Source of the DNA: an uncultured Gemmataceae bacterium
Lineage (GTDB): Bacteria; Planctomycetota; Planctomycetia; Gemmatales; Gemmataceae
Reading direction: 5' to 3'
NCBI GenBank assembly: GCA_963750165.1
Contig: CAVVPN010000011.1
Coordinates: 1,152,001 to 1,216,000 of the forward strand
DNA: 64,000 nt
The notes under the pieces: generated by a model
What the model saw: only the letters and a program-made list of their open reading frames with translations
What the model was told of the DNA's origin: nothing
Database searches by the model: none
Position numbers and translations under genes: made by a program
Shown: positions 53,501-64,000 of the stretch, one piece after another
Numbering within the stretch: position 1 is the stretch's first letter
How the letters are laid out: every line of letters begins with the position of its first letter

Positions 53501-56500
53501 GGCCACCGGCGCCGGCAACGTCAGCATCACCAACGCCACCGGCACGCTGAACATCGCCGGGGCCACGACCACCGTCACCGGCAACCTCAGCCTGAGCAGC
53601 GGCGGGGCCATCACCCTGGGCGCCAACCTCAACGCCGGCAGCGGCACCATCACCATCGCCGCCGACACCCTCGGCACCATCGCCGCCGGCACCGCCGCCT
53701 TCGACCAGATGGGCGCCTCCATTACCACGACCAACACCACCGCCAACGCCCTGTCCATCACCGTCAACACGGCCAGCGCCGGCGCCGGCGATGCGATCAT
53801 CGGCCAGGGCTCGGTCGGCAGCAACAGCGGTGGCACGGTCACGGTCAACAGCAACGGCGGCAACATCCTCTGGAGCAACGACCCCAGCTACACCGCCTTC
53901 ACCTCCTCCCAGACCGGCCTGAGCAACGGCGGCAGCAACACCCAGACGTTGCACGCCTTCGTCTACAACCTGACCTCGACCGCCGGCATCGGCGCCGACG
54001 CCCGGCCGCTTCAGTTTGACAACTACGGCCTGGACGGCGGAGTGAACACGGTCAACGGCGTCACCGTGCCGAACCTGGTGGCCAGCGCGGGCGCCGGCGG
54101 CCTCTACGTCACCGACTGGGACAGCACCAACTCCCACGACCTGACCATCGGCACGGTCACGGCCACCGGCGCGGGCAACGTCCGCATCGTGACCGCGAAC
54201 GCCACCGGCCACAACCAGTGGATCGTCGGCAACGTGAGCGCCGGCAGCGGCTACATTTACCTGGCGTCGGACGACGACATTCACGTCCTGCCGAACGCGG
54301 TCATCGGCGGCACCGGCTTCAGCGGCAGCGTCTGGATGTCGGCCAACCGCGACGTGGCCACCAACGGCCAGCCGATCGTCTTCGACCCGACCGCCTCGGT
54401 CGTCACCAGCAGCACGGCGAACCAGAACGTCGCCCTCGCCTCCCGCACCCCGACCACCCAGGCCGTGTACATGGAAATCGGCGGCGGTACCACCGGGCCG
54501 GGCCTGGTGACGGTCGGCAACATCACCACCGGCGACGGCGGCCGGGTGGTACTGAACGGGTCGAACCTCGCCAGCCCGACCCAGACCGGCAAGATCAGCA
54601 TGGCGTCGGCCACCAACGTCATCGATGTCGGGCCGACGGGGACACTGGAGCTGGACGCCATCGGCATCACGGCCCTGGCCGACACCGCCGGCACGGCGGC
54701 CGTGCCGATCGCGGTCGCTGGCGGTAACGTCGTCGTCAACGTCCAGTTCGGCAACGTGTACGTCACCGGCCAGTCGGCCACGAACTTCGCCGGCGGCATC
54801 AGCCTGGCCGCGGGCGAGACGGGGGCACCGGTCCTGAACCTGGCGACCGCGGCCGGCCCGCTGACGATCAACGGGGCGACCGGCAACGTCAACGGCGGCA
54901 CCATCAGCCTGACCAGCACCGGCACCGGCGGCGGTGTGGCCATCAACGCCCCGCTGAGCAGCAGCACCACCGGCAACATCACCATTAACGCCGGCACCAA
55001 CGCCGCCACGCTGAACAGCACCCTGAGCCTGAACAGCACCCAGTCGCTCACCGTCACCGCCACCGGCGGGCTGACCGTCGGCGGCACCGGCGTCCTGTCC
55101 GGCACCGGCGTCGCCACCAACGCCACGCCCGTCGCGGTCCAGAGCGGCGGCACCCTGTCCCCCAACGGTGCCGGGGTCGGGACGCTCAACGTCGGCAACG
55201 TGGCCCTCGGCACGGGCGCCGTCCTCCGCGCCGACCTCAACAGCAACACCGCCAACGACACGCTAAACGTCACGGGCACGATCGACGTGACCGGCTCGAC
55301 CCTGGCGCTTTACGTCAACGGCCCGCTGACCGTGGGCACGGCGTTCACCCTGGTGTCCAACGACGGCACCGACCCCGTGATCGGCCAGTTCGCCGGCGGC
55401 ACGACCATCGCGGCCACGAACGACCCGCGCTACAGCTTCACCCTCAACTACGCGGGCGGCGACGGCAACGACATCGTGGCCACCCTGACCAGCTTCAACC
55501 CGGCCACGATCCTCGACGTGAACAACGGCGTCGTGACCTACCTGTCCGCTGCGAGCGTCACCAACGCCCTGACGGTCAGCCGGGCGGGCGGCAACTACAC
55601 CTTCACGGACCCGTCCACGACCATCACGCTCTCGGCGAACGCGCTGGCCGCCGGCTGGACGGGCAACGGCACCAGCACCGTGACCGGCCCGACCACGGGC
55701 GTCACCAGCCTGGCCCTCAACTTGGCCGACGGGGCCGACGGCATCGCCGGCATCGACGCCGGCACCGCCAGCGTCAGCATCACCGGCACTGGCTCGGTGA
55801 ACGTCAGTGGCGCCGTCTCGACCAGTTCGACAATCACGGTCAGCGGTATCACCGACCTGTCCGAGTCCGGCACCGGCGCGCTCCAGGGCACGACGGTCAC
55901 GCTGACGACCTCGAACAGCATCGGCACGAGCGTGACCCCGCTCGCCATCCAGGCCACGACCATCGTGAACAGCACGGGGGCCGGCGGCGTCTACGAGGCC
56001 GTGACCGGCGGGGCCAACGTGACCGCCGCGGCCACCGGCGCGGGGAACGTCAGCATCGCCAACACGACGGGCGTGCTGAACGTCGCCGGCAACGTGACCA
56101 CGGTCAGCGGTAACATCAGTCTGTCGAGCACGGACGACATCACCCTGAACGCCAACGTGAACGCCGGCAGCGGCACGATCACGCTCGCGGCCAACACCGA
56201 CGGCGCCGGCACCAACTCGCTGACCCAGGCCACCACCGGCAGCGCGATCACGACCACGAACAACAGCGCCAGCGCCGTGACCATCACGGTCAACACCAGC
56301 AGCGGCGGCACCGGCAACGCCAGCCTCCGCACCATCGCGGCGACCGCGGGCACCCTGACCGTCAACAGCAACGGCGGCAGCATCCTGTACGCCGGCACCG
56401 ACACCCTGACCGCCTCGCAGTCCGCGGCCACGACGCTGGCCCCGGGCATCACCGGCCCGGCCGCGGGCGGCGCCGCCCCCACCGGCGCGATCAACGCGCT

Positions 56501-59500
56501 GAACTACGTGCTGACGGCCACCGGGGCGGGCTCAATCGGCACGGCGGCCCGGCCGATTAACGCGAGCACCCCGGCCAGCAACACCGAACTGTTCAACGCC
56601 GGCAGCGGCGGCATTTACTTCGTCGATTTCGGTAACCCGATGACGCTGAACGGGGCAACGGCGACGGGCGCCGGCAGCGTCGAGGTGGTCGCAGGCAACG
56701 CCAGCGGCCACAACCTGGTCGTGGCCGGCAACGTCACCACCGGCTCGGGCAACATCGTCCTGGCGGCCGACGACGACTTCACCATCAACGCCAGCGTCAC
56801 CATCGGCGGCGCCGGCTTCTCCGGCCAGGTCTACCTCGCCTGCAACCGCGACACCGGCAACACCGAGACCTTGAACGCCCTCGGCTCGATCATTACCTCG
56901 AACACCTCGGCTGCCGCCGTCGTCATCGAAGGTTTCCACACCGCGAACAACGGCACCAACGCCGGCGCGACCATCGTGAACAACGTCACGGTGGGCAACG
57001 GCGGCACCATCATCGTCTCGACGGTGCCGACCAGCCAGCCCACCGGTCAGGGCACGATCCTCGCGGCCAACGCCTCGTCGGTGCTGAACGCCGGCCCGCT
57101 CGGCACGGTCACGTTCATCGCCTCGACCATGTACGGCAACGCAACCTACACGAGCGCGGTGGGCACCGCCGCCCTGCCCCTCACGGTCACGGCCGGCACC
57201 GTGAACATCTCGGCCAACTCGGGCACCTCGGCGGGCAACGGCACCGGCACCGCCGGCCCGGCCGACTCCGTGTACGTGACGGACACCATCGCGGGCAGCT
57301 TCACTGCCACGACCGGCAGCGTCAGCCCGAGCGGCAGCATCAACCTGACCACGACCAGCGGCGCCCTGACCATCGCCGGCTCGACCAGCACCGGCAACAG
57401 CAACGCCATCAACCTGAGCGGCGCCGGCGGCGTGGTCGTGAACTCGACGCTCGGCGGCAGCGCGACGGGCGCGATCACCATCGCCAACAGCCTGAGCGGC
57501 ACGGGGACGGTCGGCACCGGCAGCAACGCCGTGACCCTGACCGGCCCGCTGTCTCCGGGCACCTTCGGCACCACCGGCATCCTGACCGTCAGCAACCTGA
57601 CCTTCGGGACCGGCGCCGCCTTCTACGCCGACCTGAACAGCGCGGCGGCCGGCCCGGGCACCGGCTACGACGAGCTGAACGTGACCGGCACGGTGAACCT
57701 GACCGGTGTGGCCTTGAACCTGATCGTCCCGACGACCGGGCTGAACGTGGGCGACTCGTTCACCCTGATCAACAACGCCGCCAACGCAGTCATGGGCACG
57801 TTCACCAACCTCTCCAGCTCCAACACGGTGGCGGCCCTGAACAACCCGCTCTACACCTTTACCATCAACTATGCGGGCGGCGCCAGCGGCCTGAACGTGA
57901 TCGCGACGCTGACCAACATCGCCAGCCCCGGCACGCTCGACGTGAGCAACGGCGTGGCCACCTACACCGCCGGCCTGGGCATGGACAACAACGTCACCCT
58001 GGACATGGACGGCATGGGCAACTACCTGCTGTCCGACACGGCCAACGTGCCGGTCATCCTGGACCAGAACGCCATCAACTCGGGCTGGACGGTCAACGGC
58101 AGCGGCGTCGCGACCGGCCCGACCTCTACCGCGACCCAGTGGGCGTTCAACCTGGCCGACGGCAACGATGCCTTTGCACTGCTGAACGCCGGCTTCGCCA
58201 ACGTGACCGTGACGGGCACCGGTTCGCTGGCTCTGAACGGCGACGTGACCACCGCCGCCTTCACGGTCAGCCAGTTCGGCAGCGTCGCGGGCACCGGCAC
58301 CATCACCGCCACGTCGGTGAGCATCGTCGGGGCGAATAACTTGCCGCTGACCTTCGGGCGCTGAACGTGGCGGCCGGCGACATCACCGTCACCGACAACA
58401 GCACCGTGACGTTCAACGGCGTGATCGCGGCCCCGACCTCGAACTTCACCCTGACCGGGGCCGCCAACATCGTCGCCGGGACGGGCGGCCAGATCGGCGC
58501 CACCACGCTCACCCTGGGCTCGGCCAACGGCATCGGCACCGCGGCCAATCCGCTGGGCACCCAGGCCACGACCATCGTGGCCAACGCCGGGGCCGGCGGC
58601 GTCTACCTCGCCGAAGCCGACGGCGCCAGCGTGACGGCCACGGCCACCGGCGCCGGCAACGTCAGCATCACCAACGCCACCGGCACGCTGAACATCGCCG
58701 GGGCCACGACCACCGTCACCGGCAATCTAAGCCTGAGCAGCGGCGGGGCCATTACCCTGGGCGCCAACCTCAACGCCGGCAGCGGCACCATCACCATCGC
58801 CGCCGACACTCTCGGCACCACCACCGCCGGCACCGCCGCCTTCGACCAGATGGGCGCCTCCATTACCACGACCAACACCACCGCCAACGCCCTGTCCATC
58901 ACGGTCAACACGGCCAGCGCCGGCGCCGGCGACGCGATCATCGGCAAGGGCTCGGTCGGCAGCAACAGCGGCGGCACGGTCACGGTCAACAGCAACGGCG
59001 GTAACATCCTCTGGAGCAACGACCCCAGCTACACCGCCTTCGGCAACTCCCAACTCGGCACCGCCAACGGCGGCTCCAACACCCAGGTACTCAAGACCAA
59101 CAACTACGTCTTCACGACCGCCACGACCGGCAGCGGTTCGATCGGCACCGCCGCCCGCCCGCTGCAAACCGACAGCTACGCCGCTGCCGATAGCACGGCC
59201 GACGCCGCCAACCTGTACCTGACGGCGGGCTCCGGCGGCATCTACGTCGTGGACTGGGGCGCCAACGGCAACAACGACATCACCCTGCGCCAGGCCAGCG
59301 CCCAGGGCGCCGGCAACATCCTGGTCGTGGCGGCCAACGCCGGCGGCCACGACCTGTTCGTGGATGGCCCGGTCAGCACCGGCTCGGGCTCGATTGCCCT
59401 GTACGCCGACGACGACCTGATCTTCACCAACAACGCCCAGATCGGCGGCACCGGCTTCTCCGGCACCGTGGACTTGCGGCAGGACCGTGACAACGCCAAC

Positions 59501-62500
59501 GGCGAGTTCTTCTACATGGCTCCCGGTTCCTCCATCGTCACCTCCAACGCCAGCTCCGGGATGGCCACGCCGGCCGTGCAGATCCTCGGCTACTCGGCGG
59601 CCGGCAGCAGCGACACGGTGGTGCTGACCGACGTGGCGGGCGGCGGCCTGGAACTCGGCAACATCACGGTCGGAGCCGGCGGCACGATCCTCGCCAACGC
59701 CAACGCCAACACCAACGCCGGCGGCCAGGGCAGCATTGTGCAGCAGCCCGGCACACTGCTGAGCACCGGCAGCACCGGCTCGCTGATCCTGATTGCCAAG
59801 GCCGTGGACGCCAGCGGCAGCGGCAACACCTCGGCCGGTTACGGCCTGGGCAACATCGGCATCGGCGGCACCCAGGCCGCGCCGCTGGCGCTGCCGATCA
59901 TCACGGACGCCGGCACGATCAGCGCCACGACGGTCGGCACCTCGCTGGCTAACACCGGCAACATCAACATCATCGCGACCGGCGCCGCCAGCTTCTCGGC
60001 GAGCACGACCGGCAACGCCACGGGCACGATCAACCTGACGACCAACGCGGGTGTGCTGACCGTCGGCGGCCCGACCAACACCGACGGCGGCGCCATCACC
60101 CTGACCAGCACCAGCACCACCGGCGGCGTGGCCATCACCGGCGTGCTTGACGACAGCGACACCGGCCCCATCACCATCAATGCCGGCACCAACCCGGCCA
60201 CCCTGAGCAACACGCTGACGCTGAACGACAACCAGGCGCTCACCGTCACCGCCACCGGCGGCCTGACGGTCGCCGCGACCGGTGTCCTGGCCGGCACCGG
60301 CGCGACGACCAACACCTACGCCGTCGCCACTCAACCCGGCGGCACGGTGAGCCCGGGCGCGATCCCGACGACCGTGGGCACCTTGAACACCGGCAACATG
60401 AACCTCACCGGTGGCACCTTCGCCGTGGACCTGACCGCGTCCGGCTCGAACCTGTTGAACGTGACCGGCACGGTCACCTTGACGGGGGCAACGCTGAGCG
60501 GCACCCTGGACACTGGGTTCACCCCGACGGTCGGCACGGTCTTCACCATCATCAACAACGACGGCACCGACGCGGTCATCGGCACCTTCGCCGGTCTGCC
60601 GGAAGGGTCCGTGACGACGATCGGCGGCCTGCCGTTCCAGGTCAGCTACGTGGGCGGCGACGGCAACGACGTGACGCTGACGGCCGTCAACCCGCCCGCC
60701 ACGCTGATTGTCACCAACTTCACCCCGACGCCGACCGGCTTCACGGTGCAGTTCTCGGCCCCCGTCAACGCCGCCGTGGTCAACCTCTACGACCAGGACG
60801 GCGCTTACGGCGCGGCGGATGTCACGCTGGTCGGCGCCACGACCGGCGCTGTCACAGGCTCGCTGGTGTTCAACAGCGACAACTCCGGCTTCACGTTCGT
60901 CAGTGCCGCCGGCCTTCTCCCCGCGGACAACTACACGCTTACCCTGGTCAGCGGCACCAGCGCCTTCAACGCGGCGGCCGGCGGCGGCCTGCTTGACGGC
61001 AACAACGACGGCACGCCGGGAGACAATTACACCAACGTCTTCACGGTGGCATCGCTGCCGAGCAACGCGGTGGTCCTGAGCGTCCCCAGCTTCACGCGCG
61101 GCTACGGGCAACCAGTCAATGTGCCAGCGTCGGGCTCCGGCATCCCGCTCACCCTGAGCACCGGCGTCAACGTCACCAGCGTCACCTTCACCCTGAATTT
61201 CAACCCGGCCCTGCTGCAACTCGACTCCTTCACCGTCAACCCGACCCTCATTGCGGAAGGCGCGTCGGGCACGATGAACGTCAACAACAACACTGGCGTG
61301 GCCAACTTCATCGTCAGTAGCGCCAGCCCGTTCTCGACTGCCGCCGGGGCGCTCACCCTGGGCACGATCTCGGCGACCGTCCCGAACACGGCGACCTACA
61401 CCTCCAAGGAAGTCCTGCACATCAGCAACCTGGTGATCGACGACAACGAGGCGATTCCGCAACCGCTGCCCTCCTATGGCCAGGACGGCGTTCACGTCGC
61501 TGCCTTCTTCGGCGACACCAACGGCAGCCAGGGCTACTCCTCGGCCGACGAGGTTCTGCTGCAGCGCGCCGTCGTGGGCAGCAACAGCGGCTTCTCCGCC
61601 TACAAGGACGCGGCCCCGGTGGTCACCGCCGGCCTCGCCGGCAACGCCACCCTCGGCGGCGCCGACGCCACGCTGCTGCAGCGCGTCATCCTCAACAACT
61701 CCACGACGACGGTGGTGCCGCCGCTGCCGACCGGCATCACGCCGCCAGCCACCGGGCCTGACCCCGAGGTGTTCATTCCGCAGAACCTGACCGTCACCGC
61801 CGGCCAGACCGTGACCGTGCCGGTGAACCTCATGGTCACCGAGTCCTCGAACCTCAACGGCATCAGCGGCTTCGACGTGGCCATCCTTTACGACCCCACG
61901 GCGTTCTCGGTCGCCGCGACTGGCGCCGTCACCCTGGGCAGCCTGGTCAGCGGTTCCAACCTGACCGGGGTCACGTTCACCCTGGCCTACAACGCAGCCA
62001 ACCCGGGCCACCTCGACATCACGGCCTACACGAGCGACGGCACAACCCCGACCAGCCTCAGCCCCGGCACGGTCGGCTCCCTGGTGAACATCCAGTTCAC
62101 CGCCCTGACGACCGCGGCACTCGGCTCCTCAGCCATCAACCTGGTTCCCCAGGACGGCAACACGCCGACTGATGTCAACGATAACAACGCCATCCAGTAC
62201 ACGCTTAGCCCAGCGCCGACGAGCGCCAGCAACGACTCCGTGGATGGCGTGGTGACCATCACGATGAGCACCAGCATCATGACGACCACGACGATCACGG
62301 ACCAGGGTCCGAACCCGTCGCTCAACTTCGGCAGCACGGTGCAGCCGGTGTCGTTCCTGGTCCACGTCGCGCCCGCCAGCGGCTCGGTCGCCGGCGACAC
62401 GGTGTCCCTGTCGGACAACGGCGTCGCCATCAGCGGCGCCACCGGCACCCTGGACGCCAGCGGCAACGCCACGATCACCCTCAGCACGGCCGCCCAGCTG

Positions 62501-64000
62501 GCCGTCGGCAGCCACCCCATCACCGCCACCTTCGCCACCCAGGGGAACTTCACCACCAGCACCTCCCTCTCGGTCACCCAGAACGTCGTCAGCTCCCTCC
62601 AGGTAGACTCGGCGACTCTCGCGGGCAACTACGTCCAGCTGGTCTTCGACGGCCCCGTCGATCCCAACACCACCCAGCTGTTCTACAGCCCCGGCGCCAC
62701 CGCCGTGGCGCCGAACATCACCCTGACCGGCCCGGGCGGCAGCGTCAAGGGCTCGCTGCTCATCGACGCCACCCATCCCAACGTCGCCACCTTCGTCGCC
62801 ACCGCGGGCGAACTGGCTCCCGGCAACTACACCGTCGCCGTCACCAACTCCGTCAAGGCCGTCGGCGGGGCCACCCTCGCCAGCAATTACAGCCAGCCCC
62901 TCACCGTCGCCAGCCCGCTCGTCACCCCGGTGGTCACCGCCGCTTTCGTCGCCCGCGGGCCCGGCCAGACCGTCAACATCCCCAACTCCAGCACCGGACT
63001 GCCCATCACCCTGAGCGGCATCACCTCCGCCGTCCAGTCCCTCTCCTTCACCCTGACCTATGACCCGACCCTCCTCAGCGTGACGGCGGCCACCCTCTCG
63101 ACCGACGCCGCCAGCAACGGCAACCTCGTCCTCAACCCGATCAGCTTCACCAGCATCGACGCCCACCACATGCTGATCACCTTCACCATCGTCGGCGGCA
63201 GCGGCGGCGGCCACTGGAACCCCAGCGGCGGCACCGGCACCCTGCTCACCCTCACCGCCACCGTGCCCCAGAACGCCCCCTACACCGACAAGGCCCTGCT
63301 CGCCACCCAGAGCGTCGTCCTCAACGGCACCGCGGCCCAGGGCGATGACGCCATCGACGTCAACGCCTACCAGGGCGATATCGATGGCTCCCACACCTAC
63401 ACCGGCCTGGACGCCTCCCTCATCGACCGGGTCAGCGTCGGTCAGGGCACCGGCTTCAGCGTCTTCAAGGATCTCGATCCCTGGATCATCGGCAGCGTCA
63501 CCGCCAGTGGCACCCTGGGCGTCACCGGCCTCGACGCCGCCGATGTCGATAAGGCCGCCGTCGGCTCCTTCCCCAGCGTCATTCCCCAACCGCCCACCGG
63601 CTTCACCATCACCGGCCCGCTCGGCCCCGACCCCCGGCTCTACCTCGCCGCCGCCACCGGCGGCGACGGCCAGACCGTTACCGTTCAGGAACGCTTCAAC
63701 GTCTCCGGTGCCGATCCCAGCACCGAGATCGATGCCATCGACTCGGTCATCGAGTACGACCCCAGCAAATTCACGGTCTCCAACATCCGCGCCGGCTCAC
63801 TGCTGCCGGGCTTCAGCGTCACCACCAACGTGGATGCCGTCCACGGCGTCATCCGCGTCAGCGAGTTCACCGCCAACCCGGCGCAGGCCCCCAACCCCAC
63901 CGATGGCGATGTGCTCCTCCTCGACTTCACCGTCAACAGCAGCGCCCCACTCGGCCCCTCGCCGCTCAAGCTGGCCGCCAGCTACACCGACGCCAACAAC
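47545..64000 (+). CDS. Giant secreted/surface protein (>5400 aa, runs off the right edge): beta-helical adhesin-like repeats, Ig-like and cohesin/dockerin-like modules; frameshifts at ~52963 and ~58355
   Basis: Basic N-terminus plus LHLEQLETREVPA; Thr/Gly/Asn-rich; autotransporter-type repeats LVKAGTGNLTL; YxGGDGND motifs. The ORF pieces join by restoring single Gs, and the frame starting at 58361 is in register with 64000. Confidence 0.9.
53441..53900 (+). repeat. ~460-bp near-identical intragenic duplication, second copy at ~58582-59041
   Basis: Direct comparison shows about 15 differences, mostly synonymous. Confidence 0.9.

Noticed and set aside
52960..58364. Programmed frameshifting, or three separate adhesin genes
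   Set aside because: No slippery heptamers, RBS or new signal peptides at the breaks; restoring a single G continues the repeat pattern.
53441..59041. Duplicated tract as a diversity-generating retroelement TR/VR pair
   Set aside because: Differences are mostly synonymous C/T changes, not adenine-specific, and no reverse transcriptase gene is present.
58727..63589. Long minus-strand ORFs (1094 aa, 486 aa), and similar ones such as 1..1449, 5348..7558, 14919..17189 and 25418..27790
   Set aside because: Antisense shadows of real genes caused by GC-rich codon bias; no recognisable motifs.

Overview
GC-rich bacterial DNA, most likely from a Planctomycete (Gemmataceae-like). This is inferred from an LExRxxPA-type N-terminus on a giant secreted protein, a DUF1080 protein, a WD40 protein with a DxxGxPLPxGAxARLG lead-in, and a kinase-linked ECF sigma factor. 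From left to right the window holds: (1) a minus-strand RND efflux operon (adaptor plus two unusual permeases); (2) a ~16 kb organic-acid/microaerobic respiration and stress cluster (Tat cupin, AKR, beta-hydroxyacid dehydrogenase, lutABC, poxB, cydAB, catalase-peroxidase plus cytochrome b, OYE, fumC stub, malic enzyme); (3) SRPBCC, oligopeptidase B, DUF1080 and ThuA-WD40 genes; (4) a small islet (AKR, TetR, SDR) at the 3' end of tRNA-Asn; (5) FAH, hisN-like and mtnA genes; (6) a signalling block of pseudokinase, kinase-pseudokinase-PilZ protein and ECF sigma; (7) a Cys/Met-rich duplicated-domain protein, an M28 peptidase, and HEPN and IS3 remnants; (8) a >16 kb gene for a giant surface protein with five ~850-900 aa repeat units and tandem cohesin/dockerin-like cassettes, running off the right edge. 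Several REP-like hairpin families and heptamer repeats are present. About 13 frameshifts of 1-2 nt, mostly in short homopolymers, look like long-read errors, so the affected genes are called as probably intact. No CRISPR array, rRNA gene or intact integrase was seen. All family assignments come from motif recognition by eye, not database searches.
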